Virus record (IMG/VR): IMGVR_UViG_3300022935_000005
Location: 124,001 to 188,000 of that record
Direction: 5' to 3' (one strand)
DNA length: 64,000 bases
Position 1 is the stretch's first letter; every line of letters starts with the position of its first letter. Both the position numbers and the translations under genes were made by a program. Of this stretch, positions 45,076 through 54,061 are shown piece after piece. The notes beneath the pieces are model-generated. The model worked only from the letters and a program-made list of their open reading frames with translations, had not been told where the DNA came from and searched no databases.

Positions 45076-46494
45076 ATGAAAAAGAATCTTACAGAGTCCC
45101 TTGCATACGAGTGCGTGCGATTAGTTTTTAAGTCTAGGTTAGAGGACTTGACTGAAGCTGCCCTCAACGAAGGGGTATCCGACGGCATTATGCTGTTGGA
45201 GAAGTTTGACGAAAACGACGCCGCCAATCTTGAAAAAAATGTGAAGGCGATAGCAGATATGATAGGTAGCCTCGAAAGCAAGCTTTCAAACGCTGGTGAG
45301 GGCTGGAAGCCTGTGGTCGACTCCCTAAAAAATCAAGTCAGCGGTTTGGATACGAAAGCTATTGCTCAACTTGCTATAAGCGGTGACACAAAGAAGCTAG
45401 CAAAAGCCTCCGCTGAATATACGAAGAAAGTCCAGACCATCGCGTCTGAGGTAGCAGCTATCCTTGACGCCACCGAGCAGATGAGAAAGAACCTCAAGAA
45501 TTTTGAGGGTGATGTCGGCGATAACAAGTCTGAAACGATCGCCTCTCTTTCTGACAAAGTAGAGAAGTTCCCCGATGTCAGCAAGCTTGAGAAGGGCATA
45601 GATTCTGTTTATAAGGTCCCTAAGTGGTTCCAGTCGGCATGGGCAGAGGGATCCAAGTCAGCTGAGAAAGAAACTAAGGGTGGGTTTTTTAAGAAAGCTA
45701 TGTCCTTCATTGGAGGCCTCTTCAAAGGCGCCAAGACCGGTCGTGTTGTTGATGCCAAGGTTCTGGCGGACGCGATCAAAGCGACCCCCTATGAGGCTCT
45801 GATGGCTCTAGATCTTCAAGGAGAAGTTCAAGCACTAACAGGGGCTTCCCAGGGAACAGCGGGAGAAACTGCCGAATTGGCTTCCGCAGGAGTCGCTGCA
45901 TCTGGCGATGGCGAAGGAGGCGAGTCATCTGGCGGCGCAGACGCGGAAGCAGTAGAGAAGGAGTTGGGAGCTCCTCCCGCTTCAGAAGAGGAGTCGGCAG
46001 AAGAGCAAGCCGCCGCCGAAGAGGAGCTAAAAGCAGCAGCTCAAGATGCAGCCAGCGAACCAGTGCCGCCAGCCGTTGCTGCCGCAAAGGCGTTAGACGA
46101 CTGGCAGGCGGGTCTTTCAAAGTCTTCGCAGCAGGCTCTCGCTACAAAGGACCGCATTGGCTCACTGAAAACAGCTATTAATACATCTTTAGAAGGCGGA
46201 GCTGATGCGTTAGCAAAAGAAGTCCAGTCTGCAGTTGCCAGTTGGAGATCAGAACATGAAGAGACATTGATGAAATCTCGCCGATTTGCTAAGAAGAATT
46301 TTGATTCTCTCGAAAGTTTGATTCCGCAGTTAGTATCAATGATGTTAAAAAAGACTTCAGAATCTCAACTAAAGTTGACTAAAGGGATGGTCCACAAGAC
46401 AGTCCACAATGCGCTTAGCCGAAAGTTTAATGCTTCCGGAACTCTACTTGAGTCTTCTAGATGGCAAAAGCTCGCCGGAATGGGGGAAAAGTAG
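45076..46494 (+). CDS. Hypothetical helical protein, probable virion-internal
   Basis: 472 aa; several LxE motifs; C-terminal LLESSRWQKLAGM. Confidence 0.6.
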   Translation: MKKNLTESLAYECVRLVFKSRLEDLTEAALNEGVSDGIMLLEKFDENDAANLEKNVKAIADMIGSLESKLSNAGEGWKPVVDSLKNQVSGLDTKAIAQLAISGDTKKLAKASAEYTKKVQTIASEVAAILDATEQMRKNLKNFEGDVGDNKSETIASLSDKVEKFPDVSKLEKGIDSVYKVPKWFQSAWAEGSKSAEKETKGGFFKKAMSFIGGLFKGAKTGRVVDAKVLADAIKATPYEALMALDLQGEVQALTGASQGTAGETAELASAGVAASGDGEGGESSGGADAEAVEKELGAPPASEEESAEEQAAAEEELKAAAQDAASEPVPPAVAAAKALDDWQAGLSKSSQQALATKDRIGSLKTAINTSLEGGADALAKEVQSAVASWRSEHEETLMKSRRFAKKNFDSLESLIPQLVSMMLKKTSESQLKLTKGMVHKTVHNALSRKFNASGTLLESSRWQKLAGMGEK

Positions 46495-46905
46495 ATGTCA
46501 GTTGATACGAAATTTCTTCTTGAAGCATTTCGATATGAGTATAATACTCGCTTAAATGAGATCATCGGTGAGGTTGACGCGTTTGATGAAGATGGAAACA
46601 TGCTGTTATCACCTGACCTGAAGGTTCGCCACAAAGACTCGGGATTAGAATATACGATCGATAGAGTCGAGGGCGAGGAGGGTGATATCCAGATATTCTT
46701 AAGAGCTCCTGAAGAGCCACGCTTTGAGCCTCAACCAGAGGAAGCAGAGCTTTTAGGTGAACCAAGAATGGAAGACATTCTGGGAGAGCAAGACCCCGCT
46801 CCTGAGACAGTTTCACTTTTACAGGATGAACCTGTTGATTCCCAAGAAGAGACAATTTTTGTGATCGATCAAGAAGAGTTCGAGAAAGACTACGAGGTAG
46901 ACTGA
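46495..46905 (+). CDS. Hypothetical acidic protein
   Basis: Tightly packed ORF; LKVRHKDSGLEYTI...EEFEKDYEVD. Confidence 0.65.
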   Translation: MSVDTKFLLEAFRYEYNTRLNEIIGEVDAFDEDGNMLLSPDLKVRHKDSGLEYTIDRVEGEEGDIQIFLRAPEEPRFEPQPEEAELLGEPRMEDILGEQDPAPETVSLLQDEPVDSQEETIFVIDQEEFEKDYEVD

Positions 46906-46906
46906 G

Positions 46907-47620
46907 ATGCCAGCAATTACAGACAAAGAGATTTTGCAAGTTATTCAAGAGACGTTAGGAAAACCCAAGGTCTCGAAAAAAATTCTTAATGAAGCCTATG
47001 TGCTACAACCCAAGAAGTACGACATTCAAACTGACGTTTTGAGTGAAAAATCTATTGCTGCCAATATCCAAGATTTCGAAGATACAGTAAAGATCGTGAA
47101 CGAAGTGTCTGCAAAGCTTGATACTGTAGACAGAACAGACTTGAACGCCAAAGACAGCGGCTTTCGAGAACTAAAGGTCGCAGAAGCCTATAACTTAAAT
47201 AACGCGTTTTTGACCTCATTACACTTTGATAACATAGCTGATCCAACCTCTAAAGTCTCTATGGATTCTTTGGCGTACATAAGACTCTCACGTGATTTTG
47301 GCAGTTTTGAAGACTGGCAAAAGGATTTCATAGCATGCGCGTTATCTGCTAGGGATGGGTATGTTGTAACAGTGTATAATGGTTCTTTAAACAGATACAT
47401 GAACATTATGATTGATGATTGTCAGGTTGGGATGATGGCAAACTGCTTTCCCGTGATCTGCCTGTCTGTTAGAGAAAGAAACTACTTTAGGGATTATCTA
47501 AATGATCGCCGTTCTTACGTCTTTGCTATGATGAAAGAACTTCGATGGTCATTGATCGAGAAAAGAATTAAAAGAGCCGACAAAGTGGCAAAACTTTTGT
47601 CAACACCATTAGGGGACTAG
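46907..47620 (+). CDS. Fe/Mn superoxide dismutase-fold protein lacking metal ligands
   Basis: RDFGSFEDWQKDF and PVICLSVRERNYFRDY (canonical PxxxxDVWEHAYYxDY). Confidence 0.7.
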   Translation: MPAITDKEILQVIQETLGKPKVSKKILNEAYVLQPKKYDIQTDVLSEKSIAANIQDFEDTVKIVNEVSAKLDTVDRTDLNAKDSGFRELKVAEAYNLNNAFLTSLHFDNIADPTSKVSMDSLAYIRLSRDFGSFEDWQKDFIACALSARDGYVVTVYNGSLNRYMNIMIDDCQVGMMANCFPVICLSVRERNYFRDYLNDRRSYVFAMMKELRWSLIEKRIKRADKVAKLLSTPLGD

Positions 47621-47622
47621 TC

Positions 47623-48249
47623 ATGAAAAGAAGCGACCTGAAAGAGTATTTCCGCCGTCAATATTCAATCCTCGTAGAGCAGGAAGAAGAAGAAGATCTG
47701 TTTGCTACGGACGATGAAGGTGATGAGGGCGGTGATGACGAAGCCGGTGATGAGGATACAGGTGGTGAAGGTGCCGGTGAAGAGGAAGCTGAAGCCGAAG
47801 CCGAAGAGGAAGAAGAAGTTGAAGTTGATGAAGAAGACAAGCAGAGATTTCAGCGCTCAATAGACGATCACCTCCAAGCTCTTTTAATAGACATTGAAGC
47901 AGACGCCATAAAGTCGGCTGCAGTACAGGAAGAGAGCTACAGCCTGAAAAGATTATTTTTGTTTGAGTCTTCTGACGTTTCTTTAGACGTTGATAAGTTT
48001 GCTAGTGAGGTTGCTCGTCTCATCCTCAACTTCGATGCGTTTGTTGACGTTGAAGAGTTAATGTTAACTAAAGTCAGAAATTTTCTTCTTGACAAGCACG
48101 GACAAGAAGTGGCTGATGAAGTAGAGAATCTTTTATCTGGTCGTCACGACATTAGAAGAAAAGAAGACGTTCGTCATGATGAAGAAGAAGTTGACGAGCA
48201 AGTTCCTATTGCTGTTGGCGCAACTACAGCGGCAGGAGGAGGCGCGTGA
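47623..48249 (+). CDS. Hypothetical highly acidic protein
   Basis: Asp/Glu-rich tract after ILVEQ. Confidence 0.6.
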   Translation: MKRSDLKEYFRRQYSILVEQEEEEDLFATDDEGDEGGDDEAGDEDTGGEGAGEEEAEAEAEEEEEVEVDEEDKQRFQRSIDDHLQALLIDIEADAIKSAAVQEESYSLKRLFLFESSDVSLDVDKFASEVARLILNFDAFVDVEELMLTKVRNFLLDKHGQEVADEVENLLSGRHDIRRKEDVRHDEEEVDEQVPIAVGATTAAGGGA

Positions 48250-48524
48250 GCGATACTTTCGTTACAAGAAAGTCTGTGCACATCAACCTTATGAAAGAGA
48301 CCCATGCGGAATTTAGGGTCTTGGCGTTTAGAAAGAAGCTGTCGATGCAAGCAATAGTTGAAGGGCTCGTTTCACAACTAGTTAACGGTCATCCAGCTTT
48401 GAATAAGATTGTAGATAATATAGCGGCCGCCAAGAAAGACGAAGATTTTCGAAAAGTTATTGGTACTGATGCCGAAAGTGTATATGATATTCTAGAGGGT
48501 CTTGATTCTCTTAAGGGTGATTGA
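48246..48524 (+). CDS. Ribbon-helix-helix-like DNA-binding protein
   Basis: RKSVHINL (beta strand), then ETHAEFRVLAF and SMQAIVEGLV (two helices). Confidence 0.5.
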   Translation: MSDTFVTRKSVHINLMKETHAEFRVLAFRKKLSMQAIVEGLVSQLVNGHPALNKIVDNIAAAKKDEDFRKVIGTDAESVYDILEGLDSLKGD

Positions 48525-48526
48525 TA

Positions 48527-48787
48527 ATGTTCGAGTTCTTGTTTGCAAGCAGCCGGATTAAGCGACTTGAAAGAAGACTTGATTACCTCGAAAAGCAGAA
48601 TGAAGTGCTTACGATGGCTCTCAGGTCAATACAAGACAACCTAATATCAGCAGCAGCGAATAGTAAGTCTCTTGAGAGAGATGTTAGAGAGATTAGAGCG
48701 TTATTGAACGAGTTCGTTCGTCAAGCAGAAGAAGCTCACAATGCCTACCTACTAAGTACCCTACCAGATGATGGGTATGAACACTGA
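48527..48787 (+). CDS. Hypothetical coiled-coil protein
   Basis: Heptad pattern. Confidence 0.55.
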   Translation: MFEFLFASSRIKRLERRLDYLEKQNEVLTMALRSIQDNLISAAANSKSLERDVREIRALLNEFVRQAEEAHNAYLLSTLPDDGYEH

Positions 48788-48795
48788 CGTCGGTG

Positions 48796-48802
48796 ATATT
48801 TA
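48796..48802 (+). promoter_or_regulatory. Putative late promoter ATATTTA
   Basis: Upstream of the holin-like gene. Confidence 0.5.
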
Positions 48803-48827
48803 TCAAATGTAACGCTGGAGGTTACCC

Positions 48828-49109
48828 ATGTCTGATCAAAGACTAGATGATGCCGTGGAGCATGTGGAAGAGATAGCTGATAGAGTTCAAGAGGCCGCCG
48901 AAAAGCTGGCTGGTAGCGATAAGTTAGGTGCGATCGATCAGATTGTGGGCAGAGTAATATCTAGAAAGTTCTTTGTTTTTTTAACGGCTACGGGCTTGTT
49001 AACTTGGTCAAATTTAGACAGCGACACGTGGGGTCTTATAGCCGTTATATATATCGGCGGACAGACAGTAATCGATGCAGCGGTTGCCTGGAAGCATGGG
49101 AATAGATAA
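48828..49109 (+). CDS. Holin-like two-TM membrane protein
   Basis: SRKFFVFLTATGLL...WGLIAVIYIGGQTVID; SD GGAGGT. Confidence 0.55.
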   Translation: MSDQRLDDAVEHVEEIADRVQEAAEKLAGSDKLGAIDQIVGRVISRKFFVFLTATGLLTWSNLDSDTWGLIAVIYIGGQTVIDAAVAWKHGNR

Positions 49110-49111
49110 CG

Positions 49112-49486
49112 ATGTTACCTCTTGTGATTTGGCAAAAAATAAAGAATTGGTGTAAAGAGCGGTGGGAGCTTATCGCTGGTTTTCTCGTTGGGATATTTAC
49201 TCTGTTGTTATTTCTAAAGAGAGACGACGCTAAAGACGTCCTTGACAAGAAAGATGATTTGCAACAAGACATATCAAATTCAGAAACTAAAGCACGTGAA
49301 CAACTAGAAGAAGAGTGGAACTCTAATATAGATGAATTTCTTACTAGAAACTCAAAGATCGAAGAAGAGCATAAGCAGAAACTCCGCGAAGTCGAAGATG
49401 ACAAAAAAGACAGAGTTAAGGAACTTATGAGTTCTGATAAACCAGAACAAGAGATAGCTGAAGCGTTGGCGAAGCTTTTAAAATAA
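49112..49486 (+). CDS. N-anchored coiled-coil membrane protein (i-spanin-like)
   Basis: TM segment LIAGFLVGIFTLLLFL then a charged helix; follows the holin-like gene. Confidence 0.45.
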   Translation: MLPLVIWQKIKNWCKERWELIAGFLVGIFTLLLFLKRDDAKDVLDKKDDLQQDISNSETKAREQLEEEWNSNIDEFLTRNSKIEEEHKQKLREVEDDKKDRVKELMSSDKPEQEIAEALAKLLK

Positions 49487-49502
49487 ACACAATGGAGAAA
49501 AA

Positions 49503-50615
49503 ATGAGTAAGTATTCACTTAAGAAAGCGTTATTAGGAGAAGCCACGCAGCCACGCAAACTATCAGCTCGTGAGCTTAGAAGTATGATTATGTCTGAATC
49601 TCGTCGAACTCTTAAAGAGCACACTATACCTGATAAGAATGCGGATATCAATGATATGGATGCCGATGCTGTTTGGGACATCATGACAGGTGATAATGTT
49701 GAAGAAGCACAGGCTCTTCTTGACAGAATTGGTTCCGCCACTGGATGGGGCGGAGGTGCTCTAAGCAAGGCTGGTATTACTGGCGAAACTCTAAAAGACA
49801 AAGCAGAGGAGATCTTCAAGGATAAAGCGACTTTTGCTGGCCGGGTGAGTGGCATGGTCGCAAAGCTTGATGCTGCAGAAGGGTTCGCAAAACCAGAGAT
49901 GCCTGCCCTGGAGGGTGGTGATGCCGCTGCTCTACAAGACGCTCTTGATGAGGAAGGCGAATTCAACGTCGATATCGGCTCTGACTTTGGCGGAGGTACG
50001 GCGGATTTCCAGGAATACGCCGCTGAAAAGCTTGAAGACGAGGTCACTTCTGGAGAAAAGAAAGAAGAAGGCGCTTGGAGAAAAGGTGATGTTCTACTTG
50101 AGCGCTGGACTCGTTTAGCGGGAATTGTACATCCTCAACCGATCAATGAGATTGAGTCCGATAAGAGGTTTCCATTCCCAGGTGCTGGGAAGGTCATGCC
50201 TGGAGCCGCAAACATTGGTGACTCCGGATCAATTGATCTTAACGCCGCTGAGGGCGAGGCGAAAGCTTTCCTAACGAAGGGTAAAGACAACGCTGGCGAC
50301 GATCTAAGTGTGACACAAAATCAGAGCATGAAGAATAGCAAGATGAAGCCGACCCAAACTAATGTCAAGGCTGCAAAATCGATGTTGTTCGCTCTCGCAA
50401 ATATCGGTCAAGACATGGAGGGAGCCTTTGCCTCTTCTGAAGGCGAGATCATTGACGGTCACCACCGCTGGTCTGGTCAATGGCTAAGGTCTGGTGGAGA
50501 TGCCGACATGACAGGCGTTCACGTCGTTGATAAGGGTGGCATGAGCACCCCTGAATTCCTGACAATGCTGACAGTCGTCGGTAATGCAATGGGACGACCA
50601 ACTAAGCTAGCGTAA
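49503..50615 (+). CDS. Probable virion-internal protein with C-terminal ParB/Srx-like domain
   Basis: MKPTQ...IIDGHHRW; LLERWTRLAGI motif. Confidence 0.6.
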   Translation: MSKYSLKKALLGEATQPRKLSARELRSMIMSESRRTLKEHTIPDKNADINDMDADAVWDIMTGDNVEEAQALLDRIGSATGWGGGALSKAGITGETLKDKAEEIFKDKATFAGRVSGMVAKLDAAEGFAKPEMPALEGGDAAALQDALDEEGEFNVDIGSDFGGGTADFQEYAAEKLEDEVTSGEKKEEGAWRKGDVLLERWTRLAGIVHPQPINEIESDKRFPFPGAGKVMPGAANIGDSGSIDLNAAEGEAKAFLTKGKDNAGDDLSVTQNQSMKNSKMKPTQTNVKAAKSMLFALANIGQDMEGAFASSEGEIIDGHHRWSGQWLRSGGDADMTGVHVVDKGGMSTPEFLTMLTVVGNAMGRPTKLA

Positions 50616-50652
50616 GTGTTTACCCTGAAGAGTAAGCCAGTACAATATATCC

Positions 50653-51120
50653 ATGAAAGAATTGCTTAAAAACTTTATTTGTTCGTGGATTTGTTGCTGG
50701 CTTATTTTTTACCCAACCTTATCCTACGCAGACGACAAGGTTGTGGTAGACGACCCAATACCGATAAATAAAGGTCAAGTTGCTCCCTTTTCCGGTGTTT
50801 TGTTTCCTACTCTTAAAGCAGCGCAGCTGACAGCCCAGCTAGAGTCCTTTGAAGCTTCATGCGCATTAAAGACAAAGAAAGAAGTTGATCTCGCTGTCAG
50901 TGTTGTTCAACTGAAGCTGGATAATTGTTCGTCTTCTAGAGCTGTTCTAGAAGATATGTACAAAACGCAGATACAGTCACAGAGAGAGTACATAAATTTT
51001 CTAGAGAAAAAAGCTACTTCTCCGAAAATATCCAGAGAAGTTGTTTTTATTATTGGTATTGTAGCTGGGGTGGGAATTACAATAGGCGCTGGCTACGCCA
51101 TGCGGCAAGCAGCTCAATAA
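50653..51120 (+). CDS. Secreted/membrane protein (spanin-like topology)
   Basis: N-terminal signal-like segment, GQVAPFSGVL, coiled coil, C-terminal TM. Confidence 0.45.
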   Translation: MKELLKNFICSWICCWLIFYPTLSYADDKVVVDDPIPINKGQVAPFSGVLFPTLKAAQLTAQLESFEASCALKTKKEVDLAVSVVQLKLDNCSSSRAVLEDMYKTQIQSQREYINFLEKKATSPKISREVVFIIGIVAGVGITIGAGYAMRQAAQ

Positions 51121-51145
51121 CCTAAGCAAACTAATTCCCCACCCC

Positions 51146-51152
51146 ATATTTA
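51146..51152 (+). promoter_or_regulatory. Putative late promoter ATATTTA
   Basis: Intergenic. Confidence 0.5.
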
Positions 51153-51171
51153 GCATATGAGGTGTTTTGTT

Positions 51172-52161
51172 ATGTCAAGAAGATACGAAGCTTTTAGAAA
51201 GAAGATTGGGTCTTTATTATTCGAGGACTCTTACGTTACACACGGTACCATAGACAATATGCGTGCCGGTCATATCGACGACCAGCCTGACTCTGATCCG
51301 CTGTCAATTAACGATTTACCAGTAGATCCAGCACCTCAAGCAGCAGTACAGCTCTCTCAGGATGTACCTCCGATAGATGATCCTGAATATACACCTGTTA
51401 ATAAAGTCGAGCTAGCAGCAGCTTTGTCTGCGTTGGCTAAAGAATTACCGGATGAGAAGGAAATGATTGGAAATACATACGAGAAGTTTAGAAAGTTTGT
51501 AGACGATAACCAAGATGTTGGGATTAAAATTGTTGACAATGGCGGTTCTTTATCACCAGAAGAAGTTAATGAAGCAAGGGTCCTCATAAGAAACTATTTG
51601 CTTACAGAAGCTCTTAGTGATACAGACCTTTACGGTAATAAATATGACGAAGATCCGTTGGGAGATCTGGACGGCCCGTCCGAAGAAGAGCTCAAGGCAA
51701 TTGAGAATCCAGCGAAGGATCAAGACACATTAGCGGATATTGCAAAAGAAATGGGCGTTAGTACTTCTGGAGTTAAGAGACTCGAGGCAGAAGCGATTAA
51801 GAAGATGAGACTGTTTGCCGTTCATTTCCCGCAAGATGAGCAAGCAATAAAAGAAATGGCTATGGAATATTTCGCAAAAGGGCTACATGAGCTAGACTTG
51901 ATTGATGCTGAAGATGCCGCCGACCTTATGACAAGTCCAGATGCTTTTCTTCTTCCATCCTTTAGGCAGTTCATGTGGGATTCATTTCTGAATAACGTCT
52001 ATAAAAAAATGCTTAGAGATGCTGAAGCGCAGGGTATATCTGAAGATAACTTAAGTGACCTGCAGCCCGGGCTGCTAGACAGAGCCAGAGATTACTTCAC
52101 AAGATTAGCAGATTCTAAAAAGATGAAGGTACTAGTATCTTCTTTGGCTGTCGCAGAGTAA
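51172..52161 (+). CDS. Protein with a sigma70 region-4-like HTH
   Basis: TLADIAKEMGVSTSGVKRLEAEAIKKMR; SD GAGGTG before ATG 51172. Confidence 0.65.
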   Translation: MSRRYEAFRKKIGSLLFEDSYVTHGTIDNMRAGHIDDQPDSDPLSINDLPVDPAPQAAVQLSQDVPPIDDPEYTPVNKVELAAALSALAKELPDEKEMIGNTYEKFRKFVDDNQDVGIKIVDNGGSLSPEEVNEARVLIRNYLLTEALSDTDLYGNKYDEDPLGDLDGPSEEELKAIENPAKDQDTLADIAKEMGVSTSGVKRLEAEAIKKMRLFAVHFPQDEQAIKEMAMEYFAKGLHELDLIDAEDAADLMTSPDAFLLPSFRQFMWDSFLNNVYKKMLRDAEAQGISEDNLSDLQPGLLDRARDYFTRLADSKKMKVLVSSLAVAE

Positions 52162-52163
52162 CG

Positions 52164-52553
52164 ATGAAAATTAGCATGCTGATGAAGGAGTATATGGAGG
52201 AAACTAGCAGACGCTCTACAGCGTACAATAGAAGTTTGCTTCCTGAATCCTTTAGTACACTTCACACCATGCCTGTTGAGGTTGTGGAAAACCACTGGAA
52301 AGTTTTAGAGGCACCAGAACGCTTAGCAAGAAAATATGAATTTAATACGCAAGAGCAAAGAGCGTTGTTTCTAAATGAGCTTCTCCATGAAGAGTCAGCA
52401 CATGGTCATTTTGCTAAAATAACAATCGAAGGTCTTGAGTTGCTTGTCGAGGTTTGGACTCATGACCTAGAGCGTGTGACGGAACTGGACCAAGAATATG
52501 CAGAGGCTTGCGATTCTCTCTATAACGATGTAATGCTAATGAGGAGATTCTGA
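52164..52553 (+). CDS. Pterin-4a-carbinolamine dehydratase-like protein
   Basis: W...LARKYEF...ESAHGHFAKI...VWTHDLERVTELD. Confidence 0.65.
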   Translation: MKISMLMKEYMEETSRRSTAYNRSLLPESFSTLHTMPVEVVENHWKVLEAPERLARKYEFNTQEQRALFLNELLHEESAHGHFAKITIEGLELLVEVWTHDLERVTELDQEYAEACDSLYNDVMLMRRF

Positions 52554-53023
52554 TGAGTGAGCATACCGGTAATCCAGAGATTCGCGTAATTAATGAAGAG
52601 TATGAGCGAGTCCTGTCAAATCCAGACAATATTATCGTGTCAGAAGAGCTCCAGCAGCTCATAGATTTGCCAATGGAACCGTCTGAAGAAGTCTATCCTT
52701 ATGATGAAGAAGCTCCCTTAGATACAGCTGCAGTAACTATACTTAATTCTGAAGGTATGCCCATGTCAGTTCGTGGTGCATTGGCAGAGCTTAGTTACTC
52801 TGGAGAAGCATACACTATCACAATACAGGCCGAAAAGGTCAGACAGGGCTTTCTAGAGGCTTTAGACACCAACGTTCGGAACTCACAAGACATCCAGCTA
52901 ATTGTTGATGGCGTATACGAGTCTGACATGACGGCTAGAATCTATAAGTGGGCTGTTAAATCAGTTGCACCACATGTACAAGAGTTTACATTACACTTTA
53001 GGAGCAAAGATGGCATCTTTTGA
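52553..53023 (+). CDS. Hypothetical protein
   Basis: Overlapping start/stop packing. Confidence 0.55.
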   Translation: MSEHTGNPEIRVINEEYERVLSNPDNIIVSEELQQLIDLPMEPSEEVYPYDEEAPLDTAAVTILNSEGMPMSVRGALAELSYSGEAYTITIQAEKVRQGFLEALDTNVRNSQDIQLIVDGVYESDMTARIYKWAVKSVAPHVQEFTLHFRSKDGIF

Positions 53024-53186
53024 TAAATTTATTGCTGACCTTGATCGACGTCAAGAGGAAAAGCGCAAGAGGTTAGAGCAGCTCCGTCAGGCGCAAGAAG
53101 AACTATCTGTAAGAGATAGAGTTAAGCTATACGCTGAGAAATGGCAGAATAGTATTAGATACTCTTCAAGCAAGGAGAGCAAGTAA
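53010..53186 (+). CDS. Hypothetical protein
   Basis: SD AGGAG before ATG 53010. Confidence 0.55.
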   Translation: MASFDKFIADLDRRQEEKRKRLEQLRQAQEELSVRDRVKLYAEKWQNSIRYSSSKESK

Positions 53187-54049
53187 TGGACATCAACTTG
53201 TTATCAGAAAAGATAGCTGCCCTCCTTTTAGAGGAAGAGTTTTCTGACGAAAGAGCGAAGCAGGATGATATTACTTCTGCAATCAAGGCCCACAATTTAG
53301 AGGCGCCGACTAAGAAGGACGATGAGAAAGCCCAAACCATAACAGACGAAGCTGAAGAAGACAAAGACTCTGAAGATGAGCAAGACGAAGAAGAGATCGA
53401 TCCAAAGCCGACCCCAGAACCTGAAGAGGATGACGAGAATGAGTCGTTCGAAGCCGAAGTTAAGGCACCCCCTAAAGATCCTACGGTAGATGACATAGCT
53501 GATCAGATCAACAATCTCCGCGCCGGCAAAAGCTTAAAAGATGAAGGTGTGCTGAGTCAATTAAACGATTATTTCGAGAAGCTTGGACAAGCAGAAGAGA
53601 GGTCACTTTATGTATTCCTCAGCTCTCTGGCTGCGATCCTCACCGGGGGTGCGACTGGCGAAGAAGCACCGCGTCCTGAGACGATGGGTGTCAACATTGA
53701 CATGAAGCCGAAGAAGGTAAAACAACCAACTGCTTCTGCGGTTCCCCAAGTCGACATGACTGGAGCTCAAGCTCCGATAACGGTCGGCGAAGTTTCTGAC
53801 ACAACTGCTTATAAACTCATGGTTCTTGAGGGCCACGGTCCAGGTGATCGCCATAGATGTGTAGATGGCAGACTTGTCAAATTTGGTAGCAGAGACTGCA
53901 TCAGGGATGTAAAGAAGAGGATAAATGATACCATGTCTTTACGAGATGGGTGTGGCACTGGCACCGCCGACAGAGCTAGCTTAAATGGCGTTCTGAAATT
54001 TTTAAGACAGAAGCTTCGTGCTGCCAACAAAATCTATGCAGACAGATAG
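53186..54049 (+). CDS. Hypothetical acidic protein, probable virion-internal
   Basis: EKIAALLLEEE N-terminal motif; acidic linker. Confidence 0.6.
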   Translation: MDINLLSEKIAALLLEEEFSDERAKQDDITSAIKAHNLEAPTKKDDEKAQTITDEAEEDKDSEDEQDEEEIDPKPTPEPEEDDENESFEAEVKAPPKDPTVDDIADQINNLRAGKSLKDEGVLSQLNDYFEKLGQAEERSLYVFLSSLAAILTGGATGEEAPRPETMGVNIDMKPKKVKQPTASAVPQVDMTGAQAPITVGEVSDTTAYKLMVLEGHGPGDRHRCVDGRLVKFGSRDCIRDVKKRINDTMSLRDGCGTGTADRASLNGVLKFLRQKLRAANKIYADR

Positions 54050-54061
54050 TAGGAGCGCTTT

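Noticed and set aside
47680-47840. GAA/GAT-rich repetitive tract
   Set aside because: Low-complexity coding for an Asp/Glu-rich linker, not a DNA repeat element or CRISPR
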